A stretch of 38,227 nucleotides of DNA from IMG/VR virus record IMGVR_UViG_3300012305_000003. One strand, written 5' to 3'. Shown here piece after piece: positions 15,689 to 24,855 of this stretch (position 1 is the first letter of the stretch; every line of letters starts with the position of its first letter). The position numbers were made by a program, and so were the translations under genes. Below the pieces are notes generated by a model that saw only the letters and a list, made by a program, of their open reading frames with translations, made no database searches and was not told the origin of the DNA. The DNA comes from a virus.

Positions 15689-17783
15689 ATTGCATTTCCT
15701 CGTTCTGTGTAGGCTGAACGGTTGCCTGTTGTGGTTGCATACCTAGTTGACTGATTGCTTCAAGCACTGCTTGTCGCTCATCCATATCTAGGCGTGTCAT
15801 TAAATCGATTGCTTTGGCTTTGGTTTCTTCTGCTCTTGCTATCGCAAGTTCAGTGTCTGCCTGTGCTTTAATTGCGAGTGATTTATTCTTTTCAGCTTCG
15901 GATTGCAGATACAGCGTATTTGCATCAGGCTGCTGATTCTGAGCTTCTTGCGCGAGTTGCTGAGCTTCTTCTTTGGTTGGCTCTACAACACCCATACGCA
16001 GTAATTTCTTGCGGTAATATTCGCGGACTTCATTAACACCCTCTCCCTCCATGTTCATCATAATCATGGATGACAAAACTTGCTGGTCCATTGGGTCGGA
16101 TACCAGTGAAAGCATGTTTGTCAGAGAGCGTACCGTTGCATTGCGCTTACTGGTCGATGTTGGTCCAATATCGATTGCGACATCAAACTTAGCCTTGGTT
16201 AAGTCATTTGTGTGCTCAACCTCACCTGAAGAAGGGTTATAAACAGGCTTGAATAACTCGATGGAGTCAATCTCGTCCTGATTCCCTACTGTCTTCATTG
16301 TTCGACCATCTTCAACATAGAGCTCAGAAGCCATAGATAACCAAATTTCACCAGAGCGACGCATCCCTTTAGCAAAGTTCGAAATGTAGATGAAAGACTG
16401 CATATCTAAGCGGTTTTGAATCATCTCGATTGCAACACCGCTAGTATTTGAAACAATCTCATCACCCGATTCTTGATTGCCTAGAATGTCCGATAAATCC
16501 TGTTCGGTAACTTGAAGCAAGGCTGCCATTGCAGGCGGTACGTTTGGCGGTTTGGTGTAAGCCACTGGACCTTGAGCAACAACACTACCCATTGCATCTT
16601 TAAGTGGATGAGCTAGCAGGAATGGATAGTTCTCAATATTGTCATTCGCCCACATGTGCTGAACGCCAGCAACCTGTTCAGGTGCTAGAATCGGCTTCTC
16701 AACGCTGGATAGCGCACTGATTTCACCAAGCTTAGATAACTGCATGTTCTTGAGTCGCTGGGCATCTTTGCAAAGCCGCACATGGCCCATGCAACGCTCT
16801 ACATTGTCGATATACCAACGCTTGCCATATACAGGCACAATTGGAATATGACGACCAGCGATATAGCCGTAATCCTCAAGAACACCAAGACCCGACATAA
16901 GCATTTTACGAACACGCTTACGCTCAAAATCTCGGACACGAACCTCTTGCGCACCTGTTGCACTTAATTCATCAAGAATACTTGGATCTTCTTCAAGTTG
17001 TTCTGCTGTATATCGTTCTTCAGATCCATCAATTAAACGGAAGATATGAATCTTCTCTTTAACCTTTTCGACTTTGTAGTATTCGGCGACGTAAACAGAA
17101 TCTTTCGATACCCAATCAAAGTGACTATTGGTAATAGTCTTATCCCATGAGGATGGGTCTTGATCTTCACCGTATTCTTCCTTAAATGCGTCACATGACA
17201 TTGAGGTCAAAACAAAGCAGTATTTCGCATCTGCTTTATCCTGGCGTTTTGCATCAGGGTCAAAGAAGACACATGTATCAGCATCAAAAATAGGCTCTAT
17301 TCTGATTCGCTGATGCTCGTTCTCTTCATCATCCTCATCTTCATATTCAGCACGTAAACGCCAAGCACCAAAGCCACCACCGACTGCTTCTTCGAATGCA
17401 TTGTCATAGGCTTCATCTGCACCAGAATCCTGTTCATCTGCCCGGTAAAGCTTTGCACAGGTATCGGCCAGATCGTCATTACTCACACCGTCTTTGCTAA
17501 TGAAGTTCACACCAATGCGGTTATTGCGATATTCATTGATAATACGAATGACAGCCAAGTGAATCTTATTGACTTCAAATTTAGGCTTGTTTTCAAACTG
17601 CTCGCCTAACTTGCCTTCCCACTGAGCCCCAGCAATAGAATAAAAACGACGATCCTCTAAGCACTGTTGACGTTCATCAGCAACAGCACCTTGAGCTTTA
17701 TCAAATTGTTTCTTTGCGGTTTCGTGGATTTTGGCAAGTCGATCTACTTTATCAGTCACGACTTGACTCCATTTGATTACCAA
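15678..17783 (-). CDS. Portal protein (P22 gp1-like, long C-terminal helical barrel)
   Basis: 701 aa immediately after TerL. The C-terminal ~100 aa are helical and Gln/Ala/Glu-rich, as in the recalled P22 portal (725 aa). Confidence 0.8.
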   Translation of the reverse strand: MVIKWSQVVTDKVDRLAKIHETAKKQFDKAQGAVADERQQCLEDRRFYSIAGAQWEGKLGEQFENKPKFEVNKIHLAVIRIINEYRNNRIGVNFISKDGVSNDDLADTCAKLYRADEQDSGADEAYDNAFEEAVGGGFGAWRLRAEYEDEDDEENEHQRIRIEPIFDADTCVFFDPDAKRQDKADAKYCFVLTSMSCDAFKEEYGEDQDPSSWDKTITNSHFDWVSKDSVYVAEYYKVEKVKEKIHIFRLIDGSEERYTAEQLEEDPSILDELSATGAQEVRVRDFERKRVRKMLMSGLGVLEDYGYIAGRHIPIVPVYGKRWYIDNVERCMGHVRLCKDAQRLKNMQLSKLGEISALSSVEKPILAPEQVAGVQHMWANDNIENYPFLLAHPLKDAMGSVVAQGPVAYTKPPNVPPAMAALLQVTEQDLSDILGNQESGDEIVSNTSGVAIEMIQNRLDMQSFIYISNFAKGMRRSGEIWLSMASELYVEDGRTMKTVGNQDEIDSIELFKPVYNPSSGEVEHTNDLTKAKFDVAIDIGPTSTSKRNATVRSLTNMLSLVSDPMDQQVLSSMIMMNMEGEGVNEVREYYRKKLLRMGVVEPTKEEAQQLAQEAQNQQPDANTLYLQSEAEKNKSLAIKAQADTELAIARAEETKAKAIDLMTRLDMDERQAVLEAISQLGMQPQQATVQPTQNEEMQYVN

Positions 17784-19225
17784 CGATTGACTGTTGGGAT
17801 TGGATTGATTGTTATTTCTTTTGGTTTTCCGACTAAGCCCTTGCGAATAGCGTAGCGTCTCATCATGTAGGCATAACGCGCTGCATCGAGCACATCCTCA
17901 CCAGATTTCACGATCTTGCCTTTATCATCACGATGGTATTGCAAGAACTCATCCAGAAATGCACGTAGGCCCTTAAATACCTTAAATCGGCCCTTGCGCA
18001 TTAAATCCAGAATCTCAAAGAGACCAGCTTCAACACCGTTAGATCCATCAGGCCATGTAGCATGTTCAGCCAGCATATTGAAGCCAGCTTCCTGATAGTA
18101 AGACTTCTGTTGCTTACCTGAGCCTTTCTCAGTCTGCAGACCATCCAAAGGCCAAGCTGTTGGCACACCTGCTGCCCATGACTTAACAGAGCCCCAAGCA
18201 TCGTTTGGCGATACCTGGCGCTGTTTCCATGCATGAGTGATGTAAATCGTTTCCGAGTCCATATCAATGGCAAGCTGAACTTGTGCTTGCGGATGATCCC
18301 AGCCAAAGTCCATACCATCGATGACCATCCAGTGATCTGGAATATCAAACGGATCACAGGTTATGTAGTCCTCACTCAGATCATAAATACGACCATGACC
18401 GAGCATTGGAATACCTTTGGTACGCATTTCACGCTGATGCGGTGGAAACGATGCCAGAAGCGTTTCTTTAGTTTGCTCGGTTAAGTGAGTGACATCATCC
18501 CAGCCTGCACGAATCAAGTATTGGCCTTGGCTTGGTGTATCCATAAACTGAACAACCAATTCAGTCCGGCCATTCTCAGGCGTGAATGTTAAAATACCTC
18601 GACCACCTTGACCTTGATCACCAGTCGCAGTACGTGTCAAAACCTGCGGGAAAATTGTCTGGTCCCTTGGCTCCTCATCGATGTGATACCAGTCAACCGA
18701 ATCACCCATTAGTGCATGCTGACCCTGTGAATATGACCAGAGCTGCACCTTTGATGTTTGATACTGGACATCGCCACCACCACCATGACGCACATAGACA
18801 GAGCGCATTGCATTTGTGGTGCCAGTCATTGACTCATGCTCAAGAATGTACTCGGGCGGAATCAAGCCACCCTCCCATCGATTCTCTATACGACGACCAA
18901 AGATAGGTGTCTGCAATAGATCTCGGCATTTCTCGCCAGAGTAGCCCAGCAGCCAGATTAATGGCGCATGATCGAATGCATGACCATCCCACCAGTCAGG
19001 GTAATGACCAAGCGCATGGATCGTATCAACGTACGTTCCTGTCATGGTTTTACCGACACGGTTGGCCGCCATCAGCATGACTTGTGAATATTGCTTTGTT
19101 GCCCAGATTAATTCGTGCTGGAACGGGTAAAGCTTATCTCCAAAGCTTCTGTATTGATATGTACTGTTTCGACGGTGCCGCTCTTCCAATAATGCTAAAT
19201 AAGCTAATTTTTCCTCTCTAGTCAT
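17777..19225 (-). CDS. terL: Terminase large subunit
   Basis: 482 aa. Walker A-like MLMAANRVGKT. Acidic nuclease-region motifs (WYHIDEEP, IDGMDFGWDHP). Sits between TerS and the portal. Confidence 0.85.
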   Translation of the reverse strand: MTREEKLAYLALLEERHRRNSTYQYRSFGDKLYPFQHELIWATKQYSQVMLMAANRVGKTMTGTYVDTIHALGHYPDWWDGHAFDHAPLIWLLGYSGEKCRDLLQTPIFGRRIENRWEGGLIPPEYILEHESMTGTTNAMRSVYVRHGGGGDVQYQTSKVQLWSYSQGQHALMGDSVDWYHIDEEPRDQTIFPQVLTRTATGDQGQGGRGILTFTPENGRTELVVQFMDTPSQGQYLIRAGWDDVTHLTEQTKETLLASFPPHQREMRTKGIPMLGHGRIYDLSEDYITCDPFDIPDHWMVIDGMDFGWDHPQAQVQLAIDMDSETIYITHAWKQRQVSPNDAWGSVKSWAAGVPTAWPLDGLQTEKGSGKQQKSYYQEAGFNMLAEHATWPDGSNGVEAGLFEILDLMRKGRFKVFKGLRAFLDEFLQYHRDDKGKIVKSGEDVLDAARYAYMMRRYAIRKGLVGKPKEITINPIPTVNRW

Positions 19226-19686
19226 TATTGTCTCACTTTAGCTTCAGCCTCTTTAATGCGCTTATTCAACTCATCATCAGAGATACCCATTAAGGGCTCA
19301 CCATCTTTGCCGGTTAATTCTTGACGATTGGTAAACTGACCACCTAGATCCTGAGCTGCTTGTTTTAAAATATTTAAAGACATCACTACGTTTTTGCTAT
19401 TTTTAGCCAACAATTTGTCATATTGCTTCAATCGAAAGTGCTTATTGGCAATTGGTATATCAATTAAACCCTCATCAAATTTCTTTCGAGTTTCATGAAA
19501 GAGATCAACGAATTTTTTACTTAAATCTTTACCACGTACTTTGGTTGGGTCGTAAGCAGCAACCTGCTGACGCTCAATCTGGATGCCAAATTCTTGTTTT
19601 ACCGCGTCCGCTACTTCTTGTGGGGTGTCACGGCATGCAAGAGACTGAACTATAAATATTTTTACAGGCTCTTTTAGTGTCGCCAT
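19225..19686 (-). CDS. terS: Terminase small subunit (DUF2280-like HTH N-terminus)
   Basis: 153 aa. IVQSLACRDTPQEVADAVKQEFGIQIERQQVAAYDP matches the recalled DUF2280 pattern. Its stop overlaps the TerL start. Confidence 0.65.
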   Translation of the reverse strand: MATLKEPVKIFIVQSLACRDTPQEVADAVKQEFGIQIERQQVAAYDPTKVRGKDLSKKFVDLFHETRKKFDEGLIDIPIANKHFRLKQYDKLLAKNSKNVVMSLNILKQAAQDLGGQFTNRQELTGKDGEPLMGISDDELNKRIKEAEAKVRQ

Positions 19687-19718
19687 AACATCTCCCCTGT
19701 ATCAGGATGTATCGGGAT

Positions 19719-20378
19719 TTAAGCCAACTTCAATAAACAAGTACCGCATGCATGAGCAATATTAGCCCGAGATATAGTTGGACCATCGTTTGCAAGCTCT
19801 ACCATTTTTTGGACATCTGGTGATGCACCGTAACGCTGGACCACACCATGGAATTCTTCGACGTCGTGACCACGTAAGAATAATCGAGGCTCACCCATTG
19901 AGTTGTATTCAAACATCTCTGCCTTGGCATTCCATTTATGCCCAATGTGATAAAGCTCATGTTCTACCAATGCGCAAAAATCCGTATCGCTCATGATCTG
20001 ACATACACGCGCATCTAGCGTGATGATGTATTTAGGCACATCACCAAACCAGTCAATCAACTGAAGTTCTTGCCGGTCTTTACGCCAACCACCCACATTA
20101 ATCATCACTCGTTCAGTCTGACCCAATACACGACGATCTTTAGCCTCACACCTGGTATAAGCCCATAAGAATGAAATCTCAGGAGGTTGAAAGCTTAATA
20201 GGTGCTCATGGTCTGGATTGTGAAGTTTCCCCCACTCTTCAAGAAAAGTTTCTCTAATCCACGGCCATAAATCATTATTTGCAGGCTCGAAGTGAAGCAG
20301 ACCACCGCTTTCAATAAACTCATCATCCTCGACATCTGTGTTTTGATTATCTTGAATAGGGGGATAAGGACGCTTCAT
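19719..20378 (-). CDS. Putative phage metallopeptidase (HExxH; PhageMetallopep-like)
   Basis: 219 aa with ALVEHELYHIGH and a C-terminal CGTC. Confidence 0.6.
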   Translation of the reverse strand: MKRPYPPIQDNQNTDVEDDEFIESGGLLHFEPANNDLWPWIRETFLEEWGKLHNPDHEHLLSFQPPEISFLWAYTRCEAKDRRVLGQTERVMINVGGWRKDRQELQLIDWFGDVPKYIITLDARVCQIMSDTDFCALVEHELYHIGHKWNAKAEMFEYNSMGEPRLFLRGHDVEEFHGVVQRYGASPDVQKMVELANDGPTISRANIAHACGTCLLKLA

Positions 20379-20862
20379 CTTGATAACACCACTTCAAATC
20401 ATCCGGCACAGTCAAATGCACATGCAACTGAGTCACAGCAAAGTCATGCACATAATTTAAATACTCGGTCATCTGCTTAACGCTTAATTTGGTTGTACTG
20501 CAAAGTCTGATCACCTGCTTACCGATAGTTTCATACTCATCCGGTTCAGACTGTTTCACCTTGGCAATGGAATCACACATCTCAGCAAAATCTTGATCAT
20601 CACGACGATAGATATAAATCAGAAAGCGTTTCTTAAATTCGTAATGCAGCTGATCCTTATGAGTGCCATTCTTCTTTTCGATTTGACCCAACCACATCCA
20701 ATACAATCTATTCTGTGCGGTGGATCTATCATCCTGTTTCTGATCAATCACCACTCTTAACGGCTTACCCTCATTAATCGCCCGGGTGTAATTCGTGTGC
20801 ATGTAGTTAATGGCTTTGGTGATGTCGGCATGAGACTGGATAGGAAACACGGCTTTTTGCAT
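20347..20862 (-). CDS. NinB/Orf-family recombination-mediator-like protein
   Basis: KPLRVVIDQKQDDRSTAQNRLYWMWLGQI parallels recalled lambda NinB (KPIVVTIQERNRSLDQNRKLWACLGDV). A later STTKLSVKQMTEYL parallels STSRMRVGEFAELL. Confidence 0.55.
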   Translation of the reverse strand: MQKAVFPIQSHADITKAINYMHTNYTRAINEGKPLRVVIDQKQDDRSTAQNRLYWMWLGQIEKKNGTHKDQLHYEFKKRFLIYIYRRDDQDFAEMCDSIAKVKQSEPDEYETIGKQVIRLCSTTKLSVKQMTEYLNYVHDFAVTQLHVHLTVPDDLKWCYQDEASLSPYSR

Positions 20863-20895
20863 TTCCTGCTCCTAAAGCTTCGTACGATAATACTT

Positions 20896-21096
20896 TCAAT
20901 CACTTAGAGCTGTCATACACAGCATTGAAAGCGATTCACTTATTAATGTTCTTTTGTCCATACCGATGATAATTACAGGGCACCATTGGTTTTTATCCCA
21001 AATCTCTTTCTTGCCATTTTTAATCCGGTAATAAACTCCAGCTTGCCAGTGGGTAGCACCTTGAGGTTTATTTGCCTGTATCTGCTCGTACATCAA
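20896..21096 (-). CDS. Hypothetical protein
   Basis: 66-aa ORF in the operon, start coupled to the upstream stop. No motif recognised. Confidence 0.45.
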   Translation of the reverse strand: MMYEQIQANKPQGATHWQAGVYYRIKNGKKEIWDKNQWCPVIIIGMDKRTLISESLSMLCMTALSD

Positions 21097-21368
21097 AACA
21101 CCTCTCTATCTTCCATCACCAACATCCGATTCACTTTCACCAACCACTGATCAAACATCTCTTCACTTTCTACCCGGTTACCCAATTGGAAAGTATCGAA
21201 CTGGAAATGGCAGGAATGACATAGCGGAACCGTGAACTGATCTGAACTTTTAATCGACCTACCCTTACCATGCTTAGCACTATTTGAATGAGCAGCCTGA
21301 CTATTGGGATTACCGCACCGAATGCATGGCAGTTTTCTGATTGCTGCGAGTCTTTTGTGGTTGCGCAT
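21093..21368 (-). CDS. YbcO/DUF1364-like Cys/His zinc-binding protein (putative nuclease)
   Basis: LPCIRCG...AAHSN...GKGRSIKSSDQFTVPLCHSCH matches the recalled YbcO pattern (C..C...AH...K..D....C..CH). Confidence 0.5.
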   Translation of the reverse strand: MRNHKRLAAIRKLPCIRCGNPNSQAAHSNSAKHGKGRSIKSSDQFTVPLCHSCHFQFDTFQLGNRVESEEMFDQWLVKVNRMLVMEDREVF

Positions 21369-21531
21369 TTAATTGTTCTTCTATGCTGTGAATCTGCTTA
21401 TTTACTTTGCGAAGTTCAGCACCACACATTTCTTTAAATGCATAGCTTGAATACAGATGGTTGTAATTCATTAAGCGACTACGATTCTTTTCCAGAACTT
21501 CTAAATTCCGTTTTGCTTCTATGATGTCCAT
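21310..21531 (-). CDS. Hypothetical protein; first ORF after the late-leader terminator
   Basis: 73-aa ORF that overlaps the next gene by 59 nt. Coding status is uncertain. Confidence 0.4.
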   Translation of the reverse strand: MDIIEAKRNLEVLEKNRSRLMNYNHLYSSYAFKEMCGAELRKVNKQIHSIEEQLNAQPQKTRSNQKTAMHSVR

Positions 21532-21570
21532 ACAACCAACCTTCCGGTATTTCCGGATAGTTCAAATAAG

Positions 21571-21610
21571 AAAAGAAAAACCCCACCAATAATGCATATT
21601 GAGTGGGGTT
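21571..21610 (-). terminator. Intrinsic terminator of the late leader (tR'-like)
   Basis: The minus strand reads CCCCAC-t-CAAT-atgcatt-ATTG-GTGGGG followed by TTTTTCTTTTCTTATTT. Confidence 0.8.
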
Positions 21611-21657
21611 CTGTTTGCCGTAATCCGTTCGGCTAAAGTCACCGAAGTGACAAGGGT

Positions 21658-21765
21658 TTATTCATCCAGCCATTTGCCACACTTACGACATTCGATCTGG
21701 ATAAAAATATCAGACTCGTAATCGTAGCGATGAAAGCAGAATAGGCGCTTTAGGAATTGGAGCAT
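21658..21765 (-). CDS. Possible 35-aa Cys/His mini-protein inside the late leader (below the ORF-track cutoff)
   Basis: Hand translation gives MLQFLKRLFCFHRYDYESDIFIQIECRKCGKWLDE. AGGAG lies 6 nt upstream of the ATG. Confidence 0.35.
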   Translation of the reverse strand: MLQFLKRLFCFHRYDYESDIFIQIECRKCGKWLDE

Positions 21766-21945
21766 GTGGATCTCCTGAATCTGGGTGGCGGCATTAATTT
21801 AAAAACCACTAGAAATTAATGAAACCGCCATAATGCAAAAAGCCCACCATTTGGCGAGCTTCTTTGTCAATCAAAGTGAATTACTTACACTTCGGTGACT
21901 TATAACACAAAATAGCATATTCACATTTAAACGCAAGTTATTTAA
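21766..21945 (-). promoter_or_regulatory. Late promoter / Q-utilisation region (PR'-like); promoter not pinned down
   Basis: 180 non-coding nt directly downstream of the Q-like gene. Best candidate is an extended -10 TGtTATAAG at 21907-21899 (minus strand). A large hairpin GGCGG-ttt-CATTAATTT...AAATTAATG-CCGCC lies at 21787-21829. Confidence 0.4.
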
Positions 21946-22386
21946 TCATTTTAAGCGAAGTCTTTTGTCATGACCTACCAGATAGTAACTTCCTGCAAAA
22001 ACCATATTGTTAATTGAGCTTCGACTTAAGGTAAATTCTTTCTCCATCTGGCTTAATGACATCCCTCTCACATTCTTCTCTATAAACAACTGCACAGCCA
22101 CCTTTGCTGAAGCACAAACAGTCGTTGATTTCTTAAAATCCACAATCAATTTCCGCACCTGCTCAGCTTCAAAATCATTAATCTTGCAAATGATCTGGTC
22201 CTTACGTGGTGCCACCCCTTTGTTATTTTCAAGAATCAGCCAGTATATTTGATTTACGCCAAGAGAATCCGGCTGATGGCCAGACTTCATACGTGAAATC
22301 TGGATGTATGCCCCATACTGCTTAAGCCAATCTTCAATACTAAAACGATCCCAATCCATCACTTCTACCTTAACCATCGCATTCAT
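21946..22386 (-). CDS. Q-like late-gene antiterminator (Phage_antitermQ-like pattern)
   Basis: W..YGAY near the N-terminus, ICKINDFEAEQVRKLIVDF, and a C-terminal HTH-like GMSLSQMEKEFTLSRSSINNMVFAGSYYLVG. This parallels the recalled pattern LERWGAW...DDDA...L...Y..GMS...LA......I...L..AEG. Its position upstream of a long leader plus terminator supports the call. Confidence 0.5.
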   Translation of the reverse strand: MNAMVKVEVMDWDRFSIEDWLKQYGAYIQISRMKSGHQPDSLGVNQIYWLILENNKGVAPRKDQIICKINDFEAEQVRKLIVDFKKSTTVCASAKVAVQLFIEKNVRGMSLSQMEKEFTLSRSSINNMVFAGSYYLVGHDKRLRLK

Positions 22387-22398
22387 CCCTATTCCCTC

Positions 22399-23109
22399 TT
22401 AAATCTTGCTTAAATCTAAAATTGTCATTGTTCCCCAATGCACTGCACCGGTATCAATCCAGTAACAGTTATCGCGCTTGCATGGCTTCTGGGTTACCGT
22501 ATGCCCCATGATTACCGCATCAACTCCTGTTACATGGGTATATTGCGAATTATCATCATTCAGGCGCTCGCGGCCCCACATGGCTAATTCTGTTGGGAAG
22601 CGCTTGTGATCAATAATGTGTTGAGCTTTATCAAAATTATTAAGCTCATCCTTAAACTCATCCCAGTCATTCTGCTCAATATGACCATGGACAAAACCGA
22701 ACTTTTTACCCTTGTGGCTAATCTCTAATGCAATCGGCAGTGTTTTTAATTTTTTAATGATTTCGCGCTGCACCTGATAATCCAGGTCATAAAACCACTC
22801 ACCACCATTTTGAATATGGCAATTGAAGTAAGAGCGATTAACATCACCCATGATGACCAAATCTTCATGATTACCCTTTACGGATGTAAACCATGGCTCA
22901 TCAATCAGGCTTACACATTCTTCATTCTGAGTACCTCGATCCACCAGATCACCAACCGCAACCAACAAATCATTTTCAAAGTCGAAGCCAATTTCTTTAA
23001 GTCGAGTCATAAGCAGGTTGTAGCAGCCGTGAATATCCCCAACAGCCCACAACTTGCCTTTAATTTCTTTATCCCAAGTTTTTACTAAAGCCATCCCATC
23101 CACCCTCAA
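22399..23109 (-). CDS. Ser/Thr protein phosphatase, lambda PPase (NinI)-like metallophosphoesterase
   Basis: GDIHGCYNLL, GDLVDRG, GNHE, HG, GH and IDTGAV motifs, collinear with recalled lambda PPase. Confidence 0.9.
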   Translation of the reverse strand: MRVDGMALVKTWDKEIKGKLWAVGDIHGCYNLLMTRLKEIGFDFENDLLVAVGDLVDRGTQNEECVSLIDEPWFTSVKGNHEDLVIMGDVNRSYFNCHIQNGGEWFYDLDYQVQREIIKKLKTLPIALEISHKGKKFGFVHGHIEQNDWDEFKDELNNFDKAQHIIDHKRFPTELAMWGRERLNDDNSQYTHVTGVDAVIMGHTVTQKPCKRDNCYWIDTGAVHWGTMTILDLSKI

Positions 23110-23387
23110 ACCCTAATTACTTCTAATGCCTGTTCCACACTCTCAACCACATAAACACGGCCTCGCCATGTCTGATGCCATACCACCTGGTCTGGTGTAA
23201 GTTTTCTATCTGATTTAGGTTTTGCCCCATCCTTCACTTCAATCAAGAAATTTAATCCCCGAATGCCTACCAGTAGATCTGGACAACCTTTGCCAGTTGA
23301 AGCAAGTGACTGAACACTTGCCCCAACCTGACGTAACGCTTTAACAATTTCAGTCTGATTTGCATCAACCTTTGCGGCTCTACGCAT
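23106..23387 (-). CDS. VRR-NUC / PD-(D/E)xK nuclease (possible junction resolvase)
   Basis: GKGCPDLLV...FLIEVKDG...LTPDQVVWH fits the VRR-NUC motif (G.PD...hhE.K...Q..W). Confidence 0.6.
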   Translation of the reverse strand: MRRAAKVDANQTEIVKALRQVGASVQSLASTGKGCPDLLVGIRGLNFLIEVKDGAKPKSDRKLTPDQVVWHQTWRGRVYVVESVEQALEVIRV

Positions 23388-23571
23388 TAGCCCCTCTTTT
23401 AATCAAATCAAAGCACCCAAAGTTTCCAACAAACTTATTTCCACTATCATCTATTGCAGCAACCGCAAATTTTTTAACATGCGTCACAGTGAGCATGCTT
23501 GTTGGTTGCTTCCAAATCTCCACGTTATGCATCACATGATCACCAACATTAAATGGGTTATTTATGTTCAT
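23380..23571 (-). CDS. Hypothetical protein
   Basis: 63-aa ORF with overlapping start and stop couplings in the operon. Confidence 0.5.
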   Translation of the reverse strand: MNINNPFNVGDHVMHNVEIWKQPTSMLTVTHVKKFAVAAIDDSGNKFVGNFGCFDLIKRGANA

Positions 23572-23993
23572 CTCTCAATCACCTTCGTATTCGGGCTAAT
23601 GTGGTTTTTGATATCGCTGCAATGGTCAGTAATATCTCGGATCATCTGCACGACCTTGGAGTTGTCACCCACAAACATGGCACCACCTTCGATTTTTTCT
23701 TGGCCCAGCTCCACATAGGCAGCCAATTCTTCCGCTTCGCTGCGACCGTAATAGTGATGATCAATTTCAGATTTAATATCGGCCAGTTTGATTGCCACAT
23801 CCATTGGGTCGCACTTGCCCCAATACTCAAGCCACTTCTGGTATCCATCGCTATACCGAAACCACTTACCATCCTCTCTTTGAGCGAAATACATCTCACC
23901 ATCTAAGCAAGGAACTACCGCATACGAATGCTCCGGTGCCCTATCCACAATCTGCTTACACTTTTCCAATCCTAATTTTTTGATTAAGTTCAT
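23568..23993 (-). CDS. Hypothetical protein
   Basis: 141-aa ORF, translationally coupled. No motif recognised. Confidence 0.6.
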   Translation of the reverse strand: MNLIKKLGLEKCKQIVDRAPEHSYAVVPCLDGEMYFAQREDGKWFRYSDGYQKWLEYWGKCDPMDVAIKLADIKSEIDHHYYGRSEAEELAAYVELGQEKIEGGAMFVGDNSKVVQMIRDITDHCSDIKNHISPNTKVIER

Positions 23994-24580
23994 GCTGCTG
24001 CTCCCTGCAATTCATACTTGCGGCACATTCCCCGCACCACCCGTTCAGCTTTGAAAATGTTGTAGGCCTCAATATCCTTGAAAATCACTTCTGTTTTGAT
24101 GTAAGTCAGGCTCTTGAAAAGCTTGTAGCCCTTCTTCCGATATTCAGCGTGAATGTCATCCATTTCTTCACTAATGCCTTTCCATCTGCGCTTGATGTCG
24201 CCATCCACAATTTTTAAATCTGGATTACCACCAACACGGAATTCATCCCATTTCATCACTGGCAATTCAAACTGACGCGCATCATCGATAATGTTGCTCG
24301 GGTCATCCTCGTGGTAGTAATACGAGTCAATCCCCACAAAAAACTCATAAGCATCTTTGGTCAGGTCGTTAATCAGCGGCACGATCAGATCGCCATCATG
24401 CAGCGCGTAAATCTTGTTGATGATTTCTGACTTGGTTAAACCTATCGCATTGTATTTTTGACAAGCTTCTTCCACTTCCACGGCTTCAAAACTCATCCAA
24501 AGCTCATAAGGCTTTTGCGATTCACGCTGCACCAGATTGACCAACTTGTTCGGGTTATATTTCTTATTGCGCTTTTTCAT
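23990..24580 (-). CDS. Hypothetical protein
   Basis: 196-aa ORF, translationally coupled. No motif recognised. Confidence 0.6.
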   Translation of the reverse strand: MKKRNKKYNPNKLVNLVQRESQKPYELWMSFEAVEVEEACQKYNAIGLTKSEIINKIYALHDGDLIVPLINDLTKDAYEFFVGIDSYYYHEDDPSNIIDDARQFELPVMKWDEFRVGGNPDLKIVDGDIKRRWKGISEEMDDIHAEYRKKGYKLFKSLTYIKTEVIFKDIEAYNIFKAERVVRGMCRKYELQGAAA

Positions 24581-24855
24581 CCCTGCACTCCAAATAGTTG
24601 TTTAGCTTTGTCGGTTGCTTTTAGGCTTAATGGTTTTGAGCTGTTTGATTCTAAATATCCTTCAGCCATGAGCTGCCTAATAAAAGTCAAGGTTGCTCGC
24701 TCTGAGACTCCAATCCACTGCTTGACCTCAAGCACACTTGTTCTGCCTCTCTTTTCGATAACCCCCCTTAAAACAATCACAAGTCGCTCACCTTGTTTGA
24801 CCGCGTGGCGAGTGCTGAAACAATCCACGGTCTTATTATCGTTTTGGTCTTTCAT
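24577..24855 (-). CDS. Hypothetical protein, possible winged-helix DNA binder
   Basis: SVLEVKQWIGVSERATLTFIRQLMAEGYLES looks like an HTH/wHTH. Confidence 0.5.
   Translation of the reverse strand: MKDQNDNKTVDCFSTRHAVKQGERLVIVLRGVIEKRGRTSVLEVKQWIGVSERATLTFIRQLMAEGYLESNSSKPLSLKATDKAKQLFGVQG

Noticed and set aside
21310-21368. The 59-nt overlap between the 73-aa and 91-aa ORFs considered as a programmed frameshift site
   Set aside because: I saw no slippery heptamer or downstream structure. More likely either the 73-aa ORF is not coding or the overlap is genuine.
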